In this document: one piece after another, positions 34,438 to 47,813 of the stretch
Numbering within the stretch: the stretch's first letter is position 1
How the letters are laid out: each line of letters begins with the position of its first letter
Assembly: GCF_035594765.1 (NCBI RefSeq)
Contig: NC_085841.1
Span: 346,651,402-346,715,401 of the forward strand
DNA: 64,000 nt
Source of the DNA: Anolis carolinensis
Lineage: Eukaryota
Direction of reading: 5' to 3'
Translations under genes and position numbers: made by a program
The notes under the pieces: model-generated
The model's database searches: none
The model's input: only the letters and a program-made list of their open reading frames with translations
What the model was told of the DNA's origin: nothing

Positions 34438-36894
34438 ATCTGATGGGCTGTCATGCGGACTTGCTCTAAGACTCTTTTATTTGCCTTTTTAAAATACTAT
34501 GGTATCTCCAGAACTCTTCTCCAGTAACACTTAAGGATCTTGTCTAGTTCCTTTGTCTCTGCTCTTCCAAGTCCTAGTCTTCTGATTTCTTGACTCCAGT
34601 CTCCATTCTGATTTATGATTAAGCCAAAGGATGGAAAATCTTGAACTATTTAAATATCTGCATTATCTATTTAAAAGCTAACACCTGTGGTCATTTTTTA
34701 ATGTTCTATGAACCTGCTTTTGAACTTTCTTCCTTGACTTTTTTCAGTCATTGTCCCAAATCTTTACTATTTTTGCTAGTAGTATGGTGCCTGTTTGCTA
34801 ATTAAAAGCGTTAAAAGTGACTTTTTTGGATCATGATTCCAGAATCTCTGTGCCCTCCCAAGCATAACTAAAATATTGATTTGGGGGATTCTGGGAGCTT
34901 TGCTCTAGCAAATCTATTCAGGGATAGTCATGCTGACTGTGCAACAAAATATTTAGTCTAACCATCACTTTTTAAAGCTACGTTCCTAGCTCAAAGGACT
35001 TTGAAAAGCACCGTGGGACAAGGAATCACTAAGTAACTTAGAGCATTGATGGAAATCGTGTCATGATCTTGGTGACAAACTTCTTTCCAGTATTCTATCT
35101 TGCTATTGAAATGAGTGTGCAACTGAAACCTGGGCTTTTTTCCGGGTCAGAGGCAACCAATGAATGTGGAGGCACGCTCTGACCTGGAAAATCCCCTGGG
35201 CATCCTGGATCTGAATAGAGCCAACAAGCCTGCTGATATCTTGACAGCTGAGACTGCACAAGTGTGAGAGCAAAGTCAAGCCCACGAAGCTTGAACCAAG
35301 GGGCCTACGATTTGTGCCAATGGTGGCTGGGGCTGCATGGAAATGTGCTATTCCTCTTTCTCAGCACATGGACACAAAGAACATCTTATATGGTCCAGGC
35401 TACTAGATATTAACAAAGCCAACCAAGACCATTTTGAGTTAATTTGTATAACTTATTTCAAAGGAGCTGGGGATGAAGCCAGTGAACCTTTGAAATAACC
35501 TTTGGCATATTTTCTGGAGATATGTTCCAAGACCTCTGAAACTACAGCTAATAGCAAGCTCTATATTTTCAAATTATACAACTGGAAGGAACCATGAGGG
35601 CCATCCAATCCAACCATCTGCCATGCAGGAACATAAAATCAAAGCTCTCCAAAGAAATGACTATACCAGGGTTGGAAACATACTATAGAATAGCATTGGA
35701 AAACTAAGAGAGCCTTAAAATACTTCCATGGGAGAATACTATTTGGAGCACCGATTAGTACATCGTACTGTATGTGCTCTACCAATAATTCAAAACACCT
35801 TCTCCACAGTCATACCATCAGCACTCCATGCTTCCTTTTTAACTACCATGGATGCATCCTGTGCGAAATTGTGTGATTTGTAGTTTAGTGAAGCACTATA
35901 ACCCTCTAGCTGGAAATTCTAAATATCCCTCCCCAAACTGCAAATCCCAGAATACCCTAGGACTGAGCCATAGAACTTAACGTGGAATGCTATAAACATG
36001 AAACAGACTACAATAAGCCTGGGAAACCTGCACCCTTCCAGATGTTGTCAGACTCCAATTCCCATTAGCCCCAGGCTGACTGGTCATTTGGTGAGGGCTA
36101 ATGGAATCTGCACTTCAAACTAGAAAGCCCCAGGTCCCCCTGCCTTGACCTATAAAGCAGAAGCTAGAGGGGGTTAAGGAAAAAAGAAACACACATACGA
36201 TGACACACATTTCATCGTTCGGAGGAATCAAATTTGCTATGACTCATCTTTGATTTCTCCCAGAATTGAACATGACAAACCACTGAAGTAAACGCATTAG
36301 TGCGAGGTTATTTTTAGAAGTCTTTCTGCACAGGACTGAACTCCACAGATCAAGGGCACAATCCAAAAAATCATGCACACTGCTACCATGCTGTTTTCTT
36401 TTTTAATGAACCATATTTTTTTCAGCAGGAATAGATGGGAAAATTTGCAGCAGCAGTTCATGGTTTATTAAAATTTCTTGGAAGGCCTTTTCTCTAATAA
36501 AAGATTCAAAGTGCCTCATTGTGATTAAATATACAAAGGCATTAGAGAAAAGCAAGGCAAACTGGCTGCAACCATACAGAATATCAGAAGCATGTTGGTG
36601 CTTCTTTCCTTATTGCTCCCCCTTGGATCAAAACCAAGTAAAGAAGCCATGAGATCCTTCAAGGACACAGGGATTTGTTAATGTTAATTTGCACATAATT
36701 ATGGGGTGATTTCCTTAGTTGCTTCCTTCCCAAATAAATCAGAGAAATAAATAAAAAAAACAGTTCATCACTTGTTTTTTTCTGTTTATCTCTGCCTAAG
36801 GGAAGGAAAAGAGAAAGAAGAATGTACTTGTGCTCTTATTATATACTAAACTGAAGCCCCATTCACACCACACAATTATTTTATTACATTATAT

Positions 36895-37257
36895 CAGTGG
36901 TTCCCAAGCTGTGGGCCATGGTCCAGCAATGGGCCATGAAAACTAAAATCTGGTCTGCGAACCTCCTTCCTCTTTATTTTATTTTATTTATTTCCGCTCC
37001 TTTCTGCAAAGCTGACTATTGCATTAGATAGACCACATCAGCTCTAGATTATTAAATATGGTTTTCTGTGGGTGAGCAGATGGTGACTACAGGGTGGCAT
37101 ATGTTCTGTATCAGAAAATAGAGCTGATGTGGTCTATCCAATGCAATTTTCTAAATCAGCACCCGACATAAGAAAAACGAATCTAAAGTTGAACAAAAAT
37201 TTATTTGTACTAATGTTGGAGAGTGGTCCCTGGTCAAAAAAAGGTTTGGAACCACTG
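36895..37257. mobile_element. hAT MITE (same family as 33531-33983)
   Basis: TIRs CAGTGGTTCC / GGAACCACTG and the shared internal ATAGACCACATCAGCTCTAG. Confidence 0.85.
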
Positions 37258-37721
37258 TATTTTATTATATTTGTATCCTGCCTTACTCCTGATATGGGGA
37301 CTCAAGTGGCTAACAAAACATAGAACACAATGCAAATTGAAGCGAAGTAAATGCACTATAGATATAAAAAAATTAAAAAATGAAACCATTTGTGTCATTA
37401 CAATGATTAAACATTAAAATATTAAAATGCATTAAAAGCTGCTTTGAATCCCAAACTTGGAAACAAGAATGTGCTTTGAATGCAGTTTTCCTGCTTCTTG
37501 GCCGGGGGTTGGACTGGATGACCCATGAGGTCTCTTCCAACTCTATGATTCTATGAGTAAATAGCAGCAGCAGCAGCATCAGTGTCACTACCATCATCCA
37601 AGGAAGTAAACTTCTATCTCCAAATAGGTTCCGCATGTCAGATAGTTCCCTTAAAGTTTCAATTAAAACCCAGAGCAAATCTGCCAACCCAATAACATGG
37701 AAGTCATTGTCATGAGGATCT

Positions 37722-37937
37722 AAATATCTCTGGAGGGAGCAGATCCTGTCTGATCTCAGAAACTAAGCAGGATCAGCCCAGGTTAATATCTGGGTGGCAG
37801 ACCACCAATGAATGCCAGATGCCATGGGCTATATTTCAGAGGAAGGAACAAAATCACCTCTACAGTATTCCATGCCTAAGAAAACCCTATGGAAATTATG
37901 AAAGTGCCATAAGTTGACAGGCAACTTGAAGACACAT
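37722..37937 (+). mobile_element. 5S-derived SINE with RTE-like tail
   Basis: GATCCTGTCTGATCTCAGAAACTAAGCAGG 5S-like head followed by the GCCTAAGAAAACCCTATG tail. Confidence 0.8.
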
Positions 37938-39084
37938 CAGTAGCTAGCTACTGTCTAGGCGTTTGGGTGTTGTCTGAAATGTAGTTAATCTTTTTCCATT
38001 CTTCTGAGCCATGCCTTCTTTCTGGGTGTCTGTGTTTACTTTTGACTGCTGCTAGGTAAGATGCCAGCACAGTTGGTAGTGCTGAACTCTATCAACAGTG
38101 CTGAACCCTGTTAGCTGGTTTTTTTTTTTATTTAAACCAGACAAGTGCCCCCTGGGCAGCTGAGGCGCTAACAAGACCACCAACCATTGCCTGATCCTAA
38201 TGTGTCTATCCCTTCCTATTGACATTCAATGGTTCTTGGGAGGCTGATTGCTTCCTGGTTAGGAAGTTGTGCTGACAAGGCCCTTGAGTGATGAAATCTG
38301 AGGTCGGCAGTATCCAACAATACTCCCCACTCGGCATTAAGAGATTAGCAACCTACTGGTGATTATTGATGTCTACCTGGCTGCTTGCCAAGCAAAATAC
38401 TGCTTCATTCAAGGTAATTTGATCTTCCAGTGACAGACCATACTGCACACTACTTTGTTTTTTTTTAAGGAAGAAGAAAATAGAAAAGTGTTCCTGCTAC
38501 CGAAGAGAAAAACTTAAAAAACCCAGAGACATAGAGAAGCTTTGCTGGAGGGTGGTTTCTCCCGGGAAATAATATGTTATCTGACCTGTGCAGGGAGGGC
38601 TCTGTGTTGTGTCAAGGTTCCCTTTGTGTCTTCTTTTTCAAAAAAGAAAAACAAGAAAGAGGAGATTACAGCAGATTTCTAAAATGCACCTCATTATTCC
38701 CAACTCCCTGACATCTCTGCAGTCTTTCAACACATAAAAAAGAGAGAGAATGACAATCTCATGTGAGCAAAAAGAGGGATTCCAGGCCCCCCTTTGAACC
38801 TGCCATTCCTGTTCCCAGAGATACTGATGATTATGTTTTAGACCTGGGTTCTAGTTCTTTTAAAAACACTTTGTAATTGACTAACAGAAAGCTTTTTAAT
38901 TTTTTTTGTAGACTGGACCTATTTAAATATTTTGTCATTCTGGAGTTCACACTATTCTCATCTATTTTTAAAAAATTGAGAGTATTTACAAAAATTTAAG
39001 CCGTATGGAATTAAACCTTGTTGGATAGACCTTTAGGCGTAGCAGTGAATGTTACTGCAATAAAGTTCAGACAACCCACTATAT

Positions 39085-39564
39085 CAGCGTTTCTCAAGTT
39101 TGGTCCAGATCCATTATTGTTTGAGTCCACAGTGCTCTCTGGATGTAGATGAACTACAACTCCAAAACTCAAGGACAATGCCCACCAAATCCTTCCAGTA
39201 TTTTCTATTGTTCATGGGAGTTCTGTGTGCCAAGTTTGGTTCAATTCCATTGTTGGTGGAATTCATAATGCTCTTTGATTGTAGGTGAACTATAAATCCC
39301 AGCAACTGCAATTCCCAAATGACAAAAGCACCCGCCCCCCAAACCCCACCAGTAATCAAATTTGGGTGTATGGGGTATTTGTGCCAAATTTGGTTCCATA
39401 AATGAAAATACATCCAGCATATCAGATATTTACATTACAATTCATAACAGTAGCAAAATTACAGTTATGAAGGAGGAACTAAAATAATCTTATGGTTGGG
39501 GGTCACCACAACATGAGGAATTGTATTAAAGGGGTCATGGCATTAGGAAGGTTGAGAACCACTG
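39085..39564 (+). mobile_element. SPIN (Space Invader)-family hAT MITE
   Basis: The 3' part CAGATATTTACATTACAATTCATAACAGTAGCAAAATTACAGTTATGAAG...GGTCACCACAACATGAGG...GGTTGAGAACCACTG matches the recalled SPIN/URR1 end. Perfect 8-bp TSD CACTATAT. Confidence 0.88.
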
Positions 39565-41835
39565 CACTATATGCACTCTACAAATCACTTGGGAACTCAC
39601 AGGACTAGTTGGAAAGAATGTGCTATTTAAACAACTATTTAAATAACTTCCAAATTCAGTGATGCCATGGTTCCATGTTTCCCGTGTGTAAGGTACACGG
39701 GGCACAAGAATCTGCCTGATATCCGATCAAACTATTTTCAATGTTTTCCTTGCACAGGACCCAAGGAAACCGGAGTATATTTATATGACTTCCTAGTCAC
39801 CTGTTGATTTCTGGCAACCTCAAAATTTCATGGAATTTTCTTTTTGACACCTTGATCAGTCTACATAAAAGAACAAACTTTCCAAATATAATAAGGGGCT
39901 TTCTGTATATATTTCAGATTTCAATATTAATGTCAAAAATACGTAATATGATTTTAGATAGGAGTTGTGCTACAGCCGAACAGTAAAGACAAATATCACT
40001 TCAATAAAATAAACATTAAATATTAAATAACCAAAAAATAAACTAAGATGTAAACACTAAACTAATCTGGGAATCTGCTATTGCAACACATCCAATGAAG
40101 TGGTTTAAAACCAGTATAAAAAAGGTTAGGACTAAATATATTCCAGTCTATTTGGAATACACAAAGTTCATTCCAGAAGCAGGTTTAAGAACTGGTCCAA
40201 GAGTAGAGAAGAGCCTTGACTCCCAATGTGACCATCATCCTACTTTCTTTGCTAGTTAACATTTACCCAGTATTCTTTATTTTGCCAATTGTTTGCCTTA
40301 GATAGTTGAGCAAATAATTTTCATGGTTGCCTCTTGCTAGCACCTGGGCAAAAACTGGGGGTTTGTTGGCGATTCCATGTAAGATTTGAGTTCATATGCA
40401 GCACCGCTGTCGACTTCCATGGATTTCTGAAAAAACAGGAGCTTTACGTCTCTGTAGAGATAGATCTTTCCAGACTTAGAAACTTCCAGTCTTACAAGGA
40501 TCAAGTTTTACAACCCTCAAATAAGGGCCATCCCTTATAATATGGCAACCCTGGAATATTTCTTCAGCTGTTACTTAAACTGAGATCTAACTACAAAACA
40601 ATAAGGCTTGATGGGAATATCACATCCCAATACAATAAATATCCCCAAGTCCTTGGTTTATTTGGGTTTTTAAAAACTACCCATGCACGTTTCACCAATT
40701 AATTATTGATCCTGGTTTGACCTCCTGTAAAAAGGGGCAAACGTATAAAGTGCCCTCTGCTTTGTAGCTCACACAAAGCAGGAAAGAGTCAAACCAAGGG
40801 CGTATTGAACAGAGAACAAGTTACAAAAATCCAGTCTACAGCTCATTGCCTAGCAACTAACCATGCTATCCAGAAGAGCCCATCAACCATTTATTTTTAT
40901 TTTTTGAAAGAGCCAATACCTTGCCTTTCTTAAAATAAAATCAATTACCCTCCTGCAGTAACATAAAATGGAATTGTAAATTACTGCCTGAAAAACTATC
41001 TAGCAGCATCTACATTTCAATGTAAACTGTCTGATGCATATACAAATGTCCACCTTCAGTTTCACATCTCACTCCCTAAGAATTTGTTGTGTGTCTTCAA
41101 GTCATTTCTGACTTCTGGTGACCGTAAGATAACCCTGGTCCAGCAGTCAACCCACACCCCACAATAGCCCTGAACCCCAGCAAATTCAAAGGAGCTTAAC
41201 TCTGGGTTGACATGTACTGTATAGTAAAAACAACAACAATTTTAAAAAGAAAAACAGACACTGACATTTAATGCGCCAAGTGGGTTGTCATATGTCGCAA
41301 GTGCTCTGATGGTTTATTCCTGCATGGCAGAATGGGGTTGGACTGGATAGTCCTTGGGGTATCTTACAACTCTATGCTTCTTGACACCCAAATCTGTGGT
41401 GGAGTCGCCTTAGAGTTACCGTATGTCAGAAAGGACTTGAGGACATGCAAAAACCAACAGAGCCCATGCATTTCTTTTGTGAATGTCAACTCTTTATGCT
41501 TGGCAAAGCAAGAAAACAGTTTTCCTAATATTCAAATCACTCCAGATGCGAATGGTACAGTTTTCTTGTTACTACTTTGGTTCACATCTGCAAAGGTACT
41601 TTTACCTATTCAATAAGTATCTTAAGACATGCTATATGATTCTATGTTTTTAAGGTACTACAAGACTCTCTGAAAGTTTTCTAACTAGCACCCTTTACGC
41701 TCTTGCATTTCTAGCTGATACTTGAACCTCCTTTTCTCTAATTTTGACAACTGGGCTGACTTTTGATGCTATGAGTGCTGGTGCTGATTATACATCTTTA
41801 AGTCAACTGCGTCTTATAGAGACTGTATGTTGGCG

Positions 41836-42070
41836 TATTTATTTATTTATTTATTTACAGTATTTATATTCTGCCCTTCTCACCCCGAAGGGGACTCAGG
41901 GCGGATCACATTACACATATAGGAAAACATTCAATGCCTTTTAACATAGAACAAAGACAAGACAAACATAGGCTCCGAGCGGACCTTGAACTCATGACCT
42001 CCTGGTCAGAGTGATTCATTGCAGGTGGTTGCAGCTGGCTTGCTCTCCAGCCTGCGCCACAGCCCGGGCT
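41836..42070 (-). mobile_element. tRNA-derived SINE with L2-type tail
   Basis: Same family as 25718-25940, with an (ATTT)n tail. Confidence 0.85.
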
Positions 42071-42515
42071 CTTTTTAGATTGAGAACTGAAATTTTAGTC
42101 TTCCATAATTCTACTCCATCACTGAAGCTACTCTGGCTCTTATGGACTTAAGCTACTCTGGCTTATGGCACCATGGTCTTGGGCAAACCACATCAATCTC
42201 AACCTCCAAGAAAAGCAATGGCAAACCCACTCAAACAAATCTTCCCCCCCCCCCCCCCAAATCTGTGGTGGAGTCACCTTGGAGCCCCTGTATGTCAGAA
42301 TGGACTTGAGACATGCAAAAGCCAACAGAGACCATGCATTTCTTTTGTGAATGTCAACTCTTTATGCTTGGCAAAGCAAGAAAATAGGTTTCCTAACATG
42401 CAAATCACTCCAGATACGAATGGTACAATTTTCTTGTTACTGCTCTGGCTCATATCTGCAAAGGTACTTTTGCCTATTCAATAAGTATCTTAAGACATGC
42501 TATAAAGTCACCTAC

Positions 42516-42592
42516 TTGAGAAAGAAGTTTATTATCATCCTCTAGCAGCTTCACTTTTGTTTCAAGTTGTCTGATGTAGTTGGATGATGAAT
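42516..42592 (-). CDS. CCDC85C: CCDC85C internal coding exon (probably exon 2), (D)SSSNYIRQLETKVKLLEDDNKLLSQ
   Basis: Polypyrimidine tract plus TTTACAG acceptor and CAA|GTAGGT donor; 77 nt, phase 1 to phase 0. The peptide matches recalled human CCDC85C [25 protein letters not shown]. Confidence 0.9.
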
Positions 42593-43498
42593 CTGTAAAT
42601 GAGAAAAGGGAGGGGAGGAAAGAGATATTAACTTTTCCAGGAGACAATACTTTAAAGTCAACCAAGATAGATCCACAATTAGACTAATGTTTCCTTCCTA
42701 CAAAAGGGAAAAGTCAAGAGAAGAGCCCGAGAACAATGCCTACAGGAGGAGAGAGGGCATTCCACAGTTTGAATCCATTAAAACAACAAAGACCAATAAG
42801 AAAGAAGAACAAAAAGAAGACCAAACCCCCAAACTTGAAAAGTTTTCAAACAATGCCTGAGGCAGTGCTGGTAATAGCAGACTTCCCAAAAACTGGACAG
42901 AAATAATGAGGTTTGGTTCACTCTCATGTAAAAGCAGCAGCTGAAAAGCTATTTGAGTTTTAACTCTGTTTTTTTTTTTAAAAAAAAATACAATTCTACC
43001 TAGAAAAGAGCAGGGGGACTTTGGGTGAGCTTGCATAGACTACTTTCTTCTAGAGACCTCAGGAGAAGGAACCAGGTCAAAGCTGTTGAAAAGCATCTAC
43101 TTGTTATTCTGAAAGCACAAGTTCATTTCACACACAGAAAAATAATAAGTAAGGGCAAAAACTTATTGATAACCACATTCCACATTTCTAACAACGGTTC
43201 TAACATTTTTGTGTACTCTTGGGAATCCTTACTATAGTCAAAACCTGCCTTCGATTTATACATGAAGTTGACTTATGCAGAAGTATATGTGGTAGATAGC
43301 TTAAAATTTTTATGGAGCAATAGTATGAATGCAAAATGGGAAGTTGTATTTTCAATCTTTTACCAGAAATTATGTTTTTATTATGTTTTAGTGTTTTAAC
43401 CATGTTTTTAAATAATATTGGTATTTAATTCTTTTTAATTTTTTCTATAATACAGTTTTATCACCAATAGTTCCTCCTTAGCTTTTAGCTACTGGCTT

Positions 43499-44427
43499 TT
43501 ACTTGGGAAGGCCAAGAGCTCGAACACTGTTTCCATCCTAAATACCTTGGTCTCACCTTAGACCGAACACTAACATATAGGAAACACTGCATGAACACCA
43601 AGCACAAAGTAGCTGCACGCAATACCATCCTGCGGAAACTGACTGGCAGCGCATGGGGAGCAGACCCACAAGTAATAAGAACCTCAGCCCTGGCCTTGTC
43701 TTTCTCAACTGCAGAGTATGCCTGTCCTGTTTGGCACAAGTCTGCCCATGCAAAGCAGGTGGACATAGCACTGAATGAAACATGCAGAATCATCACAGGA
43801 TGCCTTAAACCTACATCTGTTGATAAACTCTACAAGTTAGCTGGCATTGCCCCTCCTGACGTGCGACGGGAAGTTGCTGCTAACGGTGAGAGAGAAAAGG
43901 TTGAACATTGTGAAAGCCACCCACTGCATGGCTATCACCCTCCTCCCACCAGACTCAAATCAAGGAAGGGCTTCATGAGAACCACCACTCCTCTTGATGT
44001 TCCTCCAGCAACAGCAAGGGTGTCCCTCTGGGCAGCTAAACCTGGCAATTCTAACTGGATGACCCCCCAAGAGGGTCTTCCTCCAGGGGCAAACCAAGAA
44101 TGGGCAACTTGGAAGTCCCTGAACAGACTCAGAAGTGGAGTGGGCAGATCAAAAGACAACTTGGCAAGGTGGCACTACCTGGAGGAATCCTCCACCTTGT
44201 GTGACTGTGGAGCTGAACAAACAACTCAGCATATGTATGCTTGCCCACAATGCCCTGCCTCATGCACGGAGGAGGAGTTGTTTAAAGCTACAGACAATGC
44301 GGTTGCTATTGCCCGCTTTTGGTCCAAAACTATTTAGTTGCTTGTGATTTCTTTTTTTATTATTATTTCCATTATTTGAAATGTATTTGTTGTACAATGC
44401 TTTTGACACGAAATAAATAAATAAATA
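43499..44427 (+). mobile_element. Vingi LINE, 5'-truncated
   Basis: RT C-terminus (KYLG..L; WGADPQVIRTSALAL...AEYACPVW) and a CCHC knuckle (CDCGAEQTTQHMYAC); TGACACG(AAAT)n tail; 12-bp TSD AGC(T/C)ACTGGCTT. Confidence 0.9.
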
Positions 44428-44458
44428 AGCCACTGGCTTCCTACCCCTTTTGGAACTA

Positions 44459-44801
44459 CAGTGTTCCCTCACTTATCGCTGGGGTTAGGTTCCAGGACCA
44501 CCCGCAATAAGTGAAAATCTACGAAGTAGGGACGCTATATTTATTTTAATATTTATACATTATTTTAGTAGTTATACACTATTTTAAGTCTTTATCAACC
44601 AATCGTGTGTTGATAAACTGCCTCCTTCTCCTCCCGTTGCTGCTTGGGCTCCTTTTCTCTCACTTTGGCCTCTCCTTCCTCCCTTCCTTAGGATGTAAAT
44701 TGTAATTTTTTATGATTTATAATATTCTTTTAGAGTTTATTGAAAAACTGCGAAACAGCGAATCCACAAAAAGTGAACCGCGAAGCAGTGAGGGAACACT
44801 G
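44459..44801. mobile_element. Tc1/mariner (Tigger-like) MITE
   Basis: TIRs CAGTGTTCCCTCACT / AGTGAGGGAACACTG with TA on both sides. Confidence 0.88.
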
Positions 44802-45070
44802 TACCCTCCAAATTGGCCTACTGCCTTCTAATATGGTGAAGGACCCTATCACACTGTCAGTACTGAAAAAAGACCTTACTGCTGGTTCAGTCAACTTCTG
44901 GAAGTGAATGAGAAGGGGAGGAGGGAGGTCCCGCCTGATGCTACTTAACCAGACCCTGCTTGTATGTTCACACCTTAAGGGAGATTTTAGAGAACTACAG
45001 ATTTGATCTGAGGTGGGAATCACATGTTCCTCCATCAGCTTTCCTAACCAACTGAAGAATGCTAGATACT

Positions 45071-45454
45071 TGCCTCCTCAATGGATTATCACTTTGTTGT
45101 GGTGAGGGGGCTTGCATGTTCCAATGAACCTGAGGGCATAACAAGCGGAATCATGCAGTCCCAAGGGGCCCGCAGGGGAGGTTCCAGACTGATCACAATC
45201 CAAAGACCTCAATGACGGATCAGGCGGAAGATAACATGGTACATGTTACAATGGCTGTGAAGGTGGAAGAAGGCTGCAACAGATTGAGAAGCCACCGTCG
45301 TCGTGTTAACCATGACACCTCTTGGGACGTTCAGTCTGTGGGGTCTGATTTTGTGTAGATCGGCTGTGCATCAATCTCCACACATGCACAGGCATCTTCC
45401 AAGAACTTGGAAGGCCATCATACTTGAACAACGAGGGATCGCCTAAGTAAGTAA
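45071..45454 (+). mobile_element. Short non-autonomous RTE-clade derivative (5' end plus 3' end) with (TAAG)n tail
   Basis: Perfect 10-bp TSD GCTAGATACT (45061-45070, 45455-45464). RTE-like 5' motif CACTTTGTTGTGGTGAGGGGGCTTGCATGTTCCAATGA. Confidence 0.7.
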
Positions 45455-45522
45455 GCTAGATACTCTAGTCTTCTGGCACCTTCTGGCTGCTTCTAGCAGT
45501 CTGTATGATACTCACCCATGGA

Positions 45523-46340
45523 TCACAGAATCATAGAATTTAAAGAGATTGCAAGGGCAAATCTGTCCCCACATGACTGCCCCCACATGACTTCCAGACC
45601 TTTGATAATTTTGGTCACCTTTCTCTGGACACATTCTAGCTTGTCAATATCTTCCTTGAATTGTGGTGCAAAGAACTGGACACCATATTCCAGGTGAGGT
45701 CTGACCAAAGCAGAACTGAATGGAACTATTACTTCACTTGATGTAGATCAGGGTGCCACTCATTTTCGCTGAGGGGCACGTCAGCCTTATGGTTGCCTTC
45801 AAATGGCTGGTTGTAATTGTAGGACTGTATAAATGTAACTGGCATTGAAAGGCTTGTGGGCCACATAAAATGATACAGCAGGCCGGATTTGGGGCATGGG
45901 CCCTACATTTGACACATGTGTTATAGATGCAGGCTAGAACTATATCCTTTTTTTAGCTGCCCCATCAGGCTGTTGACTCATGCTAAATTTGTAGTCTCTT
46001 AGATCCCTGTACTGTTTTCATGCCAGGTGTCACCTATCCTATATCTGTGCATTTTATTTTTTTCTACCTAAGTGTAGTACCTTACATTTCTCCCTGATTA
46101 AATTCATTTTGTTAATTTTGAGCCAGATATATTCTGTTAAAGTCATTTTGGATTCTGATCCTGTATGTTGGGGCTATTAGCTATCCATCCCCATTTGGTG
46201 TCATCTGCAAATTTGATAAAGATGTTGAATAACACTGGGCCCAGAAAAACAACCCTGTGGCACCCCACAGGATTCCCCCACTCTCTAGAATGAAGAGGAT
46301 CCATTGCTAAGCACTTTTGGGTCCAGTCAGTTAACCAGGA
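45523..46340 (-). mobile_element. Degraded CR1 ORF2 fragment with a hAT MITE inserted at ~45749-45920
   Basis: VRPHLEY peptide, FADD-encoding GTGTCATCTGCAAA, and CATAGAAT tail units. Confidence 0.8.
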
Positions 46341-47414
46341 AAATCCCAGCCCATGCTTTTAGCTATCACTCAGTAAGATTCTCTTTGTTTAGTTCTCCCT
46401 CCTCTCTATTTGTTTCAGAATTTTCAAGATGACTGTCAGATATTTCAAATTGCAGCCAGAAATGCGGACCTGATTACCAGTATCCCAGAATGTAAGCTCT
46501 AGGATACAATCATTTATGTCATCCTACTCCTTCTTCTCCCTCTGAATTTGGGGAAATGGTGACTCAGAAAGTACTTGCAAGTTTGGGGCATTCCTCATGC
46601 AACAAAGAGCAAGCAAACGAAGCTGCATTCCTGGCTGGCATCCTGCTCCATTTGGCACTTCAGCTACAGATCAGATAATATCTAGCAATTCTTTTATGTG
46701 AATGTTAACAACAACATCAATGTTCTGTTTCTTCCCCTTGGATATTTAGGAAAAGAAATGTAAACTGATGCGTTTGTTATCATTAAGCAACTGCAAGGAT
46801 GAGTTGTCTGATAAGTTCTTAGGGATGCTTCAAATGTGGCTTTGAAAACTTTTATTAGCTAAATGTTTTGCCTCTTATTTTTAAGATTGTCTTAAAATTG
46901 AATTTCAGAAAATGATCATGTTAAGGGACATAACCTCACATGATGGTATAGCTTAACCATCTCTTATCTAGAATTCAGAAATCTGAAATACTCCAAAATA
47001 TTCCATGTGGGTGACTGAGATAATGACACCTTTACTTTCTGATTGTTCAATGTACACAAACCTTGCTTTATGCACAGAACTATTTTACAAATTGTGTATC
47101 AAATTACATCCAGGTGATGTGAATCCGAGAGGTTGTCAGAAGGGGTCCGCAAAAGATTAAATTATTAAATTACTAACTATTGTTAGTGCTGATACTATTA
47201 TTTTCAATTCATATGGAATCATTATAATCAAAGAGCCTCCAGTGGTGCAATGGGTTAAACCCTTGTGCTGGCAAGACTGCTGACTTGAAGGTTGGGTTGC
47301 TGACCTGAAGGTTGCCACCCCCTGGGCAACATCCTTGCAGACGACCAATTCTCTCACACCAGAAGCGACTTGCAGTTTCTCAAGTCACTCCTAACATGAA
47401 AATAATTATATATA

Positions 47415-47782
47415 CAGGCAGTCCCCGAGTTACAAATATCTGACTTACAAATTACTCATAGTTAAGAACGGAGGTGAGACAACAGGAAGTGAGAGAAAGG
47501 AAATCCACTCCTGAAAGAGCATGGGGAAAAGTGTTTCCACTGAAGCTGTATCACCAATCCTTGTTTTCACAACAAGCCATTTTTTTCAAAATCCGATTAT
47601 CACAGGGACAGAAAGTGAGGTGAAATCTTCTGAACAGGGACACAGAAGCAAAACAAACACCATGGGGGTGTTAACAATTCCCTTTGCTCTCCAAAACTAA
47701 AAGATAGATATTTTGGCTGAATTTACACTTTAAACATGTACCTTTTCCAACTTACAAATTCAGCTTAAGAATAAACTTGGGG

Positions 47783-47788
<6 letters not shown>
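47415..47788. mobile_element. Tigger-like MITE
   Basis: TA-CAGGCAGTCCCCGAGTT...AACTTGGGGACT termini. Confidence 0.65.
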
Positions 47789-47813
<25 letters not shown>

